DNA of 64,000 bases, taken from contig OZ024743.1 in NCBI GenBank assembly GCA_964016885.1, positions 26,474,001 through 26,538,000 on the forward strand, given 5' to 3'. Every line of letters starts with the position of its first letter. Position 1 is the stretch's first letter. Below the pieces are notes generated by a model. It did no database searches, was not told where the DNA came from, and saw nothing but the letters and a program-made list of their open reading frames with translations. This document shows, one piece after another, positions 53,616 through 64,000 of the stretch. The DNA comes from Eledone cirrhosa. Taxonomy: Eukaryota. The translations under genes were made by a program, and so were the position numbers.

Positions 53616-54840
53616 TAATAATTTGCTATAAATAAGAGAGAAAAAATAGAAGCTATGATAATACCACAATATGTTGCGAGGAAGATTTGTGGTGAGAGTT
53701 GACACAGGAAGAATATTTTGTATTTTAATTGAAAATATATATACAAACAGATGTATATTGTAAATGTTTCGAACAACATTCAAAACATTAGCAATGATGA
53801 ATAACAGTGGAAATTAACTTTTGGAGTGTTTCATTTTAATAGTGTTAAAATATGTTGAAAACAAATTTACATCACACACCTATGTAGGTTTAACTGGCCC
53901 ATCATAAAAATAAATGGAAAATTAAATTTCTTGCTCAAGAATACACCATATCACCTGGTTCAGGAACTGAGCCTATGAGCTTATGATCATAATTCCATGC
54001 AGTGAGATTAGATATGTCAGTTTGACATAGTTCACATGTGGCATTTAAGATAGTCATGTCAGTATGTGTGATAAACTCTCTAACACATGTATTAAATATA
54101 TATCACTGGAAATAATTTCAGTCATCACAAGCTTAAAATAGAGAAATGAGAGTATGTGTGTGTATATTGCTGGTAATGGCTACCTTTCTGAGTAAGAGAA
54201 CTCAGTGTATAAGTATTGAGATTAAATTGTTCAGTAACTGTAAGACATTCTATACATTTGTGTGGTATCAATATTTTATACATGCTTTTCAATACTGGCA
54301 TGTGTTGGATAAGACATTTATTTTGAGACAGCTTTCTATGGTCAGATGCCCTTCTTGGTGCCAAGCCTATTTTTTAAAGTAATGTACTTGTTCCACTGTA
54401 CTTCAGACATCAAAGCACTGCAGGAAATTGCATTGTTTACAGGGGACATAAACAAGCAGTGCCAATGCAAACATAAACAAGCACACACAAGTCCCAAACA
54501 ATTGATCACTATAGATAATAGTTGAGAAAATAAAGTCAATTACCATTGGAGAGAGAAACAAGTGGACATAGGAGCCTCTGTTTATTTTTCTGTCTCTAAA
54601 GGTAATTTCCCTAATTTCTCTGTATATGTGACTCACATTTTCAAATTTCAAACACTCCCAGTACTTTGATGATTCATAAGGTTTGTATACATACATATAT
54701 ATATACACAGCAGGCTTTCACACAGCCCCCATCAACAAATTTCACTCACAAGGCATTGCTTAGTAAACTTCATAATCACACAGACAACTTGTATGTATAT
54801 ATCTGTTTGTGTGTGTGTGCGCATATATATATATATATAA

Positions 54841-55135
54841 TGTACCCCCGGTTATTCATGGAATTTTCCTCAGAACCTAACTAATAGAAATCACCGCATA
54901 TTCGCAGAATCGTAAATATCTTCCGCAATTTTTATGGTTTTTTTTCATGGAAATATATATTTTTTCACGCTATTTAATGCTAAATTATTAACAACAATAT
55001 ACCATATTTGCCTGTCTATATTTTACGCTATTTTTTTATGTTTATAGGCATTTTTAGGGACCACGTCCAATATTCGTGGTTTTCCACTCTTCGTGGGTGT
55101 TCTAGGAACGTAACCCGCATGAATACCAGGAGACA

Positions 55136-55141
<6 letters not shown>
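54841..55141. mobile_element. pogo/Tigger-like MITE
   Basis: Imperfect TIR ccccggttattcatg...catgaataccagg; CpG-retaining interior flanked by TA/TG microsatellites. Confidence 0.5.
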
Positions 55142-55167
<26 letters not shown>

Positions 55168-56932
55168 GAGAGAGAGACAAACAGAAAAGAACAAACACAA
55201 CATCAATTGTGTATCTAGGTCCCCATGTGCCTCAGATAGGTCTGTTGCTGACACCACTAAACACAAAAATCAGATCAATATTATACTGGATGCAACATAA
55301 TTATGAAAAATCAAACTATGCTGTATTCAATAAAAATGTAGTATAATGGGTTACAGTGAGGTTTTGAGGTAGACTGCAATGCCATATATATGGGTCAATA
55401 ATATGTATTACCTCCATGCCATGAGCTAATGCGGAAGCCTCCATGTGATTGCTTGACTTGCTAGAAATAGCAGTTAAGTCTTTCTCATATCAAACCATAA
55501 CATTTTTTTAAAAGGGAAAGTATCACAGATTACTAAGCCTGGACCCCACGCCCACCAAAATAAAAAAAAACATAGTCCTGGCTGGAATGCTTTTGACCAT
55601 GAGTCTGCTGAATCAGGGTTGACCAAGAGTTAAACAACAACAATCACATTATGTCACTGACCTACAGAATCAAAGGTATTGAATAACAGCAAAAATGAAT
55701 TCCCAAGCAAGTTAAAATCAGTCAAGACTAGCGGCCTATCAGGCCAGGATGCCAGTATATTGCTGACTTAATCTCCAGCTGTTGTTAGTACTCATTTTTA
55801 ACTGAGTGGACTGGAACAATGTGAAATGAAGTGTCTTGCTCAAGAACACAATGCAATGCCTGGTTCATCTCACACTGATGCAGGCTTAGCTGGTCTCCTC
55901 CTACAAGGTCACATTTCATAGGTTTTTTGGGTGTTTTAATGGAAGGGACCACAATTCTATCAGGAAAACCAACCTGAAGTGAAGTATCCTGCACAAGAAC
56001 ACAACAAAGTGTCCTGTTCAGGAATCGAACCAGTGACCTTATGAAATATGAGTCTAATACCTTAACCACTAAGCCATATGAGCTTGTTTTGAACAACTGT
56101 CTTACTTATCTAAATAATAAATCAACATATCAAACTTCATGATATCTGAGGAAGGTGGGACTCAGAAACCCATTCAACAAAGTATTTTATGTGTAGCAGT
56201 TTGTTTATTAGGGGATGATAAGGAAGCAGAGAAATCCAGTGGTCCACAAACTACTGGATTATAATGCAGGGAAAAGCGGACGTAAAATGATGATGATGAT
56301 GATGATGATTACTCTATATATCTACTATTATATTTTTATTTTCACAGTCAAGGTTTTACCTCACATAATATCGAATCTGAGATTTTGATATTTATTTTGA
56401 GAACAACACCTTAACATTGGTATGAGTGGCCGGTTACAACTGATTTGAACAGAAAGAGGTGCGAGAATTCTGGCTGGATATGGCCAGTTTAAATAACAAT
56501 ATATGGGCATCATCTACCTTTCACATAGAATAGAATCACAGTTAGCTAGACTATTAACACTTTTAAACAACACTTTGCTCCACACTGTTTCTATTAGTAT
56601 TCAAATCTTGGACTGAAATCTGTTTATTAGATTTTAGCAGTTAAATATTTTCCTTTTATTACTGAGTTAGTTATTTCACTTACTCTCTCATAATTATTGG
56701 TTATTTTGATAATTAAAACATAACAGCATATTATATTTTAGTTTAAAATATGGTCAGAACAGGTTTAAGATTTTCTGCAATCAAAAGTATGAAGGTTCAT
56801 ATCCTATTACACTAGTCCTTGACAAAGTTACTTGTAAATAGGTATGACTGCGAAGTTGTACAGTTCAGTGCTGTACCGACTGGGTGGAAATACTTTAGAA
56901 CTAACAAATATTTCCTTTCAGTGAAGCTTTAA

Positions 56933-57152
56933 CCCTTTTGATATCAAACCAACTGAAACTAGCCTGGTTCTATTATACAAAATATTTGTTTTAAAGTGTT
57001 ATATTTATCTAAAGACCTTCCATCATAATTTTATGTAACAACCTTTGTTGTATTATGCTTCAGACACTAACTTGATAATGAGAAAGTGTTATTTTAAAAA
57101 TTATTTGAAAATCAAAGGCAGTATTTTTCATTAGAAATATGGTAACAAAGGG
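56933..57152. mobile_element. piggyBac-type MITE family 2 (ccctttcRttacc / cccttttgata termini, TTAA TSD)
   Basis: ttaa|cccttttgata...ggtaacaaaggg|ttaa. Other copies at ~13952-14141, 14663-15321, 18490-18735, 28355-28608, 29891-30125, 32294-32824, 40950-41232, 48332-48702 and 59503-59725. Confidence 0.78.
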
Positions 57153-57502
57153 TTAACAGCTCATTAGAATAGTTTCTATTTACTTTTCTCACAGCAGACA
57201 TCCAAATGTTTACACTTTCAAAATCATCTGATCCATACTATTAGATAGACATAAAATGATTATACAAATGTTCACATACACGATGAAAGAGTACGACGAT
57301 TGGTGAGATGCTGTGCTGAAAAGGACCTGTCCAACCTCATGCAAGCGTGGAAAAGCAGCCATAAAAATGAAGATGATGATTACATGTCTGTTTCTTTCAG
57401 TGTGTCTGCGAGGACATATATTTCAAGGAAATGTTAACACACATTCAATACATATATCTATTTTTCATTAATGGTAAAACTATATAAGAGAGAGAGAGAG
57501 GT

Positions 57503-57526
57503 GGGGGGGGGGGGGGGGGGGGGGGG
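57503..57526 (+). repeat. G24 homopolymer following (GA)n
   Basis: Directly visible. Confidence 0.85.
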
Positions 57527-57782
57527 CAGAGAATCAGACTACAGCACTTGAATCAATTGCAATATATGACTGATTCATAATTTATCAAGCATGCTAAGAT
57601 CCAAAGAAAAAAATTCAAGTCATAGTAGGATCCGAATTTGAGAAAAAATATTGTAAATGTTGCCAATAAGAAACACACGCACCAGTTGCTTTCACTTCAA
57701 TTTATTATATATTTATAAATTTATAAATTTACAAATCTATAAATTTCTGGTTGGTTCCACACCCAGATAGTTGTTTATATAT

Positions 57783-57827
57783 AGTCATAGTCCTTTCGTC
57801 ACACACTCTGTGACCTCTTCAGTGACT
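57783..57827 (-). ncRNA. Mirror-copy hammerhead motif in the left arm of the PLE palindrome
   Basis: Reverse complement of 59198-59242. Confidence 0.78.
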
Positions 57828-59197
57828 GGGGATTCCTTTTTTCGTTTCTGTGCCTTTCCTTTCTTCTATCCTACGCCATTTTGTTTCTGTGTGTGTGTTG
57901 TGTGCTCAGTTTGCGCATGCGCCACATCCGGGTGTCTGTGTGTGTTTGTGTTCATTTATCTATTTGTTTATTTATTTACATGTTATTGGTTGGTTGTTTG
58001 TTCTATGTGTGTGTGTGTTTTCATTTTGTCCTTAATTGTAAGTTGTGATGTTGCTGTTCCACTCATATTTTCTATTTAATTTTGGTTGTAATTCTTTTAT
58101 GTTTATTGCCTCAACATTGCATCTTTTCTGTGTGTAGATTCTATTTTTATTTCTATGTTCTCTAATTTACCCTTGTGTTCTATCTTAGCATGTTGGTAGA
58201 GTACAGATGATTCTTTATCTTGAAGGTCTCGCCAGTGTTCATTTATCCGTTCCCCTATACTACGAGCTGTCTCACCTATGTACACTATATTTTTGTTTCT
58301 ACATTGTCCTTCAGTACATCTTATGCTATACACTACATTTCTAGTTTTACAGTTAATATGGGGGCTTATTTTACAGGTTATACATTTCTTATCTATACAT
58401 GAGGGTCTTTGAAACGGGTATGTCTTGCTAATAAGTGTTAATAAGTGTTTTTACGGAGGTACCTCCGTAAAAACACTTATTAGCAAGACATACCCGTTTC
58501 AAAGACCCTCATGTATAGATAAGAAATGTATAACCTGTAAAATAAGCCCCCATATTAACTGTAAAACTAGAAATGTAGTGTATAGCATAAGATGTACTGA
58601 AGGACAATGTAGAAACAAAAATATAGTGTACATAGGTGAGACAGCTCGTAGTATAGGGGAACAGATAAATGAACACTGGCGAGACCTTCAAGATAATAAA
58701 GAATCATCTGTACTCTACCAACATGCTAAGATAGAACACAAGGGTAAATTAGAGAACATAGAAGGCGAGACCTTCAAGATAATAAAGAATCATCTGTACT
58801 CTACCAACATGCTAAGATAGAACACAAGGGTAAATTAGAGAACATAGAAATAAAAATAGAATCTACACACAGAAAAGATGCAATGTTTAGACAAATTACA
58901 GAGGCAATAAACATAAAAGAATTACAACCAAAATTAAATAGAAAATATGAGTGGAACAGCAACATCACAACTTACAATTAAGGACAAAATGAAAACACAC
59001 ACACACACACATAGAACAAACAACCAACCAATAACATGTAAATAAATAAATAAATAAACAAATAGATAAATGAACACAAACACACACAGACACCCGGATG
59101 TGGCGCATGCGCAAACTGAGCACACAACACACACACAGAAACAAAATGGCGTAGGACAGAAGAAAGGAAAGGCACAGAAACAAAGAAAGGAATCCCC

Positions 59198-59242
59198 AGT
59201 CACTGAAGAGGTCACAGAGTGTGTGACGAAAGGACTATGACT
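59198..59242 (+). ncRNA. Minimal type I hammerhead ribozyme motif in the PLE pLTR
   Basis: agtca-CTGAAGA-g-gtcaca-gagtg-tgtgac-GAAA-ggac-TA-tgact: stem I 5 bp, stem II 6 bp, intact core; predicted cleavage after 59237. Confidence 0.78.
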
Positions 59243-60140
59243 ATATATAAACAACTATCTGGTTGTGGAACCAACCAGAAATTTATAGATTTGTAGATTT
59301 GTAAATATATAATAAATTGAAGTGAAAGCAACTGGTGCGTGTGTTTCTTATTGGCAACATGACTCTCCCAAAGTATAACAATATCGGTTTCAACACACGA
59401 TTTCAGATAAAGAATCTTGCTAAACAAATTCAGAAACGAAATATTGTAAATGATTTGTTAGGAACTTGTTTGTGTGTGTGTATGTTAAATCTTCACTTTT
59501 TAACTCTTTTCATACCAACCACCCCTAGTTATATGATACAAAGCTGTTTATTTTAAAGAGTTTATATTTATCTGGGAATCTTCCATCATAATTTTGTTCC
59601 AAATACCAACTTAATAATAAGAGCAAGAGAGTTATATTACTAAATCCCTCCAAATTTCTGATTATTTTCAAAATGATTTGAAAACCATAGACAGTAATTT
59701 CATAACAAATATGATTATGAAAGGGTTAAGCTAATTTGTGCTAGAAATAACAGCCAAATCTTCCTCAACTCACACTCTACTTAGTTAACAAAAGTTTATA
59801 TTAATGTAAACGAGGTTGCACTATGCCTAGAAAAAAAGTCACATTGGTCACAATCAAGGCTAACATAGGCTTATAGTTAAATAACTCTATTGTACTACTA
59901 ATAATTATTAGGAATATTAACCACATTGATCTGACTGATCTTGGATGGCCTGCGAAGGTTATTGGCACAGCCTTCCCCTTCCTCCCTCCACAACCTGCAG
60001 TAAAACACAAAATTATTCTCAGACAGATGAAAAATAACTTTAATGAAATTCTGTCACAGTATTAAAACATGTTTAAAATGTATGTATATAGGCAGATGTA
60101 TTATTCTGCCAGTTAGTGGGAGTGTATATATGTATATGTA

Positions 60141-60258
60141 TATATAATAATTGTTTCTACTTTAGGCACAAGGCCAGCAATTACCCAGTGCATTACTGGT
60201 ACTTTATGCACTGGGTAATTGCTGTCCTTGTGCCTAAAGTAGAAACAATTATTATATG
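60141..60258. repeat. Foldback of the SINE family A 3' end (~52-bp stem, 12-nt loop)
   Basis: ataataattgtttctactttaggcacaaggccagcaattacccagtgcat-tactggtacttt-atgcactgggtaattgctgtccttgtgcctaaagtagaaacaattattat; one mismatch. Confidence 0.9.
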
Positions 60259-61078
60259 TATATATAATAATATTGGATATAAATAGAAGTTGTAGCTGCC
60301 ATATAGCAGGTACTAATCGAGTTGTTTGAGACAATCACAAAGCACTCAATAGAGCGAGAAGTTAAACATTATAGCCCAGAATAAAACAAGTTATAAAGTG
60401 TGACACCAAGAAAAATGACTGAAGGCAGCGGCCATACATATACCACAACCATGATAAATACAAAAAGGTTGAAGACTATGTATATATGTGTGTGTATATA
60501 TACACCCACACACCCACATGTGAAATTAGATGTTTGAATATATACAAAAGTTATTCTCAGTTTATAACTAATTATTACTACTAATAAATTATTTTTTATT
60601 CTTATCTTCTTTATACGAAACCATTTAATTCTTCGAGGTAAAAACTGTATTCAATTTATTTTACTTGCCTTACTTTCCTTATAGACACTAGGTTTTTATA
60701 GATTTTGTTATTTTCTCAAGTTAGCATGGGTGGGATAGTAGTGATAAAAATGCATATTGTTGGAAGTATTGCATATTGGTGTGACCTTGCTGTTAATAAG
60801 TGAACAATATGTGAGAATGAGGTAAACAATCATGAACAAGGTTCATAATTATGTGGTCATTTGACCTGCTAAACATTGCAACCACATCTCCATCACATAC
60901 TATTGGGTTTTTTTAAAGAAAAAAAAAAGAAGACATTTTTTAGTCTTTAATATGCTGTCTGGAAAAACAAGGTGGTCATAGCAAGAATGGTTTTGATCAT
61001 AGGCCTTCTCTATATATCTTTCTCTCTATATATATACATGTTTCTACATATATATATATATATGGTTATTTATTTGTT

Positions 61079-61122
61079 GTCAAAGCTCTTTAGTCACACA
61101 TTCTGTGACCTCCTCAGTGACT
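61079..61122 (-). ncRNA. Decayed hammerhead / pLTR relic related to the 57.7-59.4 kb PLE
   Basis: Minus strand agtca-CTGAGGA-g-gtcaca-gaatg-tgtgac-TAAA-gagc-TT-tgac; GAAA is mutated to TAAA. Adjacent cctacaccatcttg resembles cctacgccattttg of the pLTR. Confidence 0.55.
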
Positions 61123-61169
61123 AATTTATTTTGTCTCTCTCTTTTGTTGTCCTACACCATCTTGTACCT

Positions 61170-61780
61170 GTTTTTCCCTGCTTGTAGGGGTTGGACGGGC
61201 CTTTCTCTGTACGTTCCTTCATCATCTCCTCTGGGACTCCCAGTGATTTGAGGTCAGCTCTCACAACTTCTGCTCAGGTTTTTTTTGGTCTACTTCTACT
61301 GTAGCTTCCTTCCACTTCTTCACCCAGCAATCACTGTCCATACCAACGCAGTCTTCTCTCCTGCACACCACCTCGGATTCTCCTTAAACCCAGCTTTTCT
61401 CTCAACTCACCCAAACTCTGCTTTTCTCTCACACTTACATTACACATTCAATGGAGCATGGTTGCTTTATTTCTCTTGTCTATGCATGTGTTTCAGTTAC
61501 AGCCCATGTTTCACTACCATGCAGCATCACACTTCGCACATAGGTGCAATACAGTCATCCTTTTGTAAGTAGGGAGAAACCATTTGTGGTCAACAGTGGG
61601 CGTAGCTCTCTCAACTTTTTCCATCCTTATTCTAGCTATTATGCTCTCAGAGCACCTTCCTCCATTGCTAATTACATCACCTAGATAGCAGAAGCTACCA
61701 ACCACTTCTATGGGTCCTTCCTGTGATTGGAATAGGTTTATGTCACTGGTTTTCTTCCTCTCAGTTACCCCTGTGCATCA
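61170..61780 (-). mobile_element. Decayed RTE LINE 3' fragment
   Basis: ORF 61514-61705 reads VGSFCYLGDVIS.GG.CSESIIARIR. Confidence 0.78.
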
Positions 61781-62052
61781 TCCACACACACACACATATA
61801 TATATATATATTGTTGTTGTTGAACAACATTTAGCTGCTTGGGGTACATAGACAAATTAAGTGACATCCAAGAACACACGTCTTTCACAGAGGATTTGGC
61901 AACTATTATTAATAGTTGGAACTGAGAATGAAGACTAAAATGTCTGGTGCAGCGATACACAAACACTTACAAACCTTAACATTCTATCGAGTCAGGCATG
62001 ATTTCACATATTTTAAGATCACTAAATAGAACTGATCTTTTACGTACTAGAG

Positions 62053-62267
62053 CAGTGATTCCCAACGTGGGGCGCACACCCCGCTGGGAGCAATTTGTAA
62101 GTGATATAATACAACCAAACTTCTTGATTGCCTAAGTTTTAGGTTTGTTTAATTAAAGGATTTCTACTTTACATTTACAAAACTCAGTTTGTTTTTATAT
62201 CAAAAAGGGACATTAACATTTTAGATGTTGAGGTGGAGCATGGAGCAAAAAAGGTTAGGAACCACTG
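62053..62267. mobile_element. hAT/Charlie-like MITE
   Basis: cagtgattcccaac...gttaggaaccactg termini; degenerate 8-bp flanks tactagag / tatcaaag. Confidence 0.65.
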
Positions 62268-64000
62268 TATCAAAGTTATGAGTAGAAGGTAATATGGTAT
62301 TGAGCTATTCATACCTTCTTAAAAAATGTATAAAGTGACTAAATGTGTCAAAAATCAGTTTTTCCAACCGAAAATTACTCTTGTTGAATAGTGTGTGTGT
62401 TGTTATGTTGCACCTTTGTAAAGCTGTTTTAAAACAATCGTTAAAACTACACTTAATATGTATTGCAATATATGAAGAGAACAAGTATAGTAGTCATAAA
62501 AGAAACAGACAATGAAGATCCAGAAAGATATAATCAGAGCAGACTTGAGAACAGAAGAAAATACATTTGACAGTTCTGTGAGCTGTCGATCATGAATTTA
62601 TTCAGTTATGGGGTTCATTAAGATACTGTTGTACTTTGATGTATTGATCACGTTTACAAATATTAGTTCTGAAATTGTATATTTACACGAGAAAAGTAAA
62701 AATGGCAAGTTTTTTAAAACTAAAATATCATGACTGCCTTTTCAGAACTGCATGCTTATACATTCTACCCCGAACCACGAGAAAAGAATCTGTGGTTGAT
62801 TGATCTGCGCGAAACAGCAGCTAAATCTCTTTCAAATTACACTCTTCCGCCCTTAAACAAGAAAAACATTTGACAATGGGTAATTTTTTGTTTTAAGTAT
62901 CATGAAAGCAAAATTCAGCAATCTCCCTACATAGTCGGTAATACAATAAAACTAATAGGTGTTTGCTTTGAAACTGAAGGTTTTTCGAGAGGGCCACCTG
63001 GTTCTACAGATGGTGGAATGACAAAAGTTTAGATGTGTTCTTGTGCTTGTCTCAGATTGAAGTACTTTTCTTTTATTGTCCTTCAGCAATTATTGCTAGA
63101 CAACTGCATTATAACTAATTGTTGGCATGCCTAACTGCCAAATCACAGCTTGCTCACAGCCATGCAACAAAACGTATGAACACGTCGTTGTCATCAACAG
63201 AACGTGTTTTATGAAATGTGTTAGATATTATTTATTATCCGATATAATTTAATTTTACAGTCATTAATATAGATTATAATAATTTTCTTTCATATTCTAT
63301 TAATTGTTCGGACTTTAATATGCAGATAAATCAAATACCATTTAATTCAATTCTTTCACTTTCGTGATACTTAAAACGAAACATTACCGGACAATGTAGT
63401 TGTCGATATATAGGAAATATATCGAATATACAGGACGGAATGGTCGCAACTGAAATGCATATGACCATAGGTCTGTTCTGACAGTGCTGACTTAGAGCTA
63501 AACGATAACCTAAACATCGTCTATTTATCCATATTCTTTAGCCAAAGAGTTTGGTATTATTACTGGTTAGTATAATTAAAAATTAACTGAATAAAGGGTA
63601 CGGTTAGATTAAGATACAGAACATATGGACAGCTGTTAAAGATAACATTTTTGTAAACACTCCTGATATTCATCTTTTGACTTATGAAAATAAATGAAAA
63701 GAATGTTCTACATAATTATTTTTATCTTTCTTTCCTCAAAATCTGGTTTAATTTTAATTCAACATTCCACAAAAGATATCCTGACGCCATGTCACAACCT
63801 CTACAAAAATATCCTCATCCTATTTGATATTAACATTACCTGTTCTTGTATATCAGCTAAACTAATTGGTTATTAAGAATTATACTAGCAGCTATTTCTT
63901 AATAATCTTTCGTTTTAATTATTATGAAAGTGTAAGAAAGTCAGCTATATCTATACACAATCGGCAATAAAGTAAAAGTTTAACGAGAGAACCACAGCCT

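Larger units (their letters stand above)
57660..59438. mobile_element. Penelope-like element relic in inverted (palindromic) configuration, with GIY-YIG endonuclease C-terminus and pLTR in each arm
   Basis: Arms 57657-58460 and 58461-59360 are reverse complements. ORFs 58425-58820(+) and 58103-58333(-) encode a Cys cluster and VVYSIRC...YIGETARSIGE.INEH. aaatattgtaaatg is duplicated at 57646-57659 and 59439-59452. Confidence 0.9.

Noticed and set aside
57771-59254. Hydrophobic Cys/Val-rich ORFs (57771-58079 +, 58934-59254 -)
   Set aside because: They are antisense translations of the (CA)n/(AAAT)n-rich PLE 3' UTR, duplicated by the palindrome.
62960-63210. Minus-strand SVDDNDVFI...IPPS resembling DTDV/LPPT motifs of some DNA transposon proteins
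   Set aside because: Short, stop-ridden and not distinguishable from chance without a search.

Overview
AT-rich, repeat-dense eukaryotic DNA. The SINE, RTE and MITE content suggests a coleoid cephalopod (Octopus-like), which is an inference. Two intact spliced genes lie on the + strand: an NFKBIL1-like ankyrin protein (5 coding exons, 8494-16768, 360 aa) and ATG5 (7 coding exons, 24409-34070, 268 aa). The rest is mostly mobile DNA: a decayed CRE-like non-LTR element with PHD, RT and RLE domains plus a truncated second copy, RTE LINE fragments, two tRNA-derived SINE families, TTAA piggyBac-type MITEs, hAT and Tigger-like MITEs, and a 27-bp minisatellite. The most notable signals are Penelope-like element (PLE) relics carrying type I hammerhead ribozyme (HHR) motifs in inverted pairs. 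One is a ~1.7 kb spacer-less palindrome (57657-59360) with a GIY-YIG endonuclease, promoter motifs, an HHR in each arm and a 14-bp target duplication. The other is a 72-bp foldback HHR pair just inside NFKBIL1 intron 1. All structures were read by eye; nothing was searched or folded computationally.
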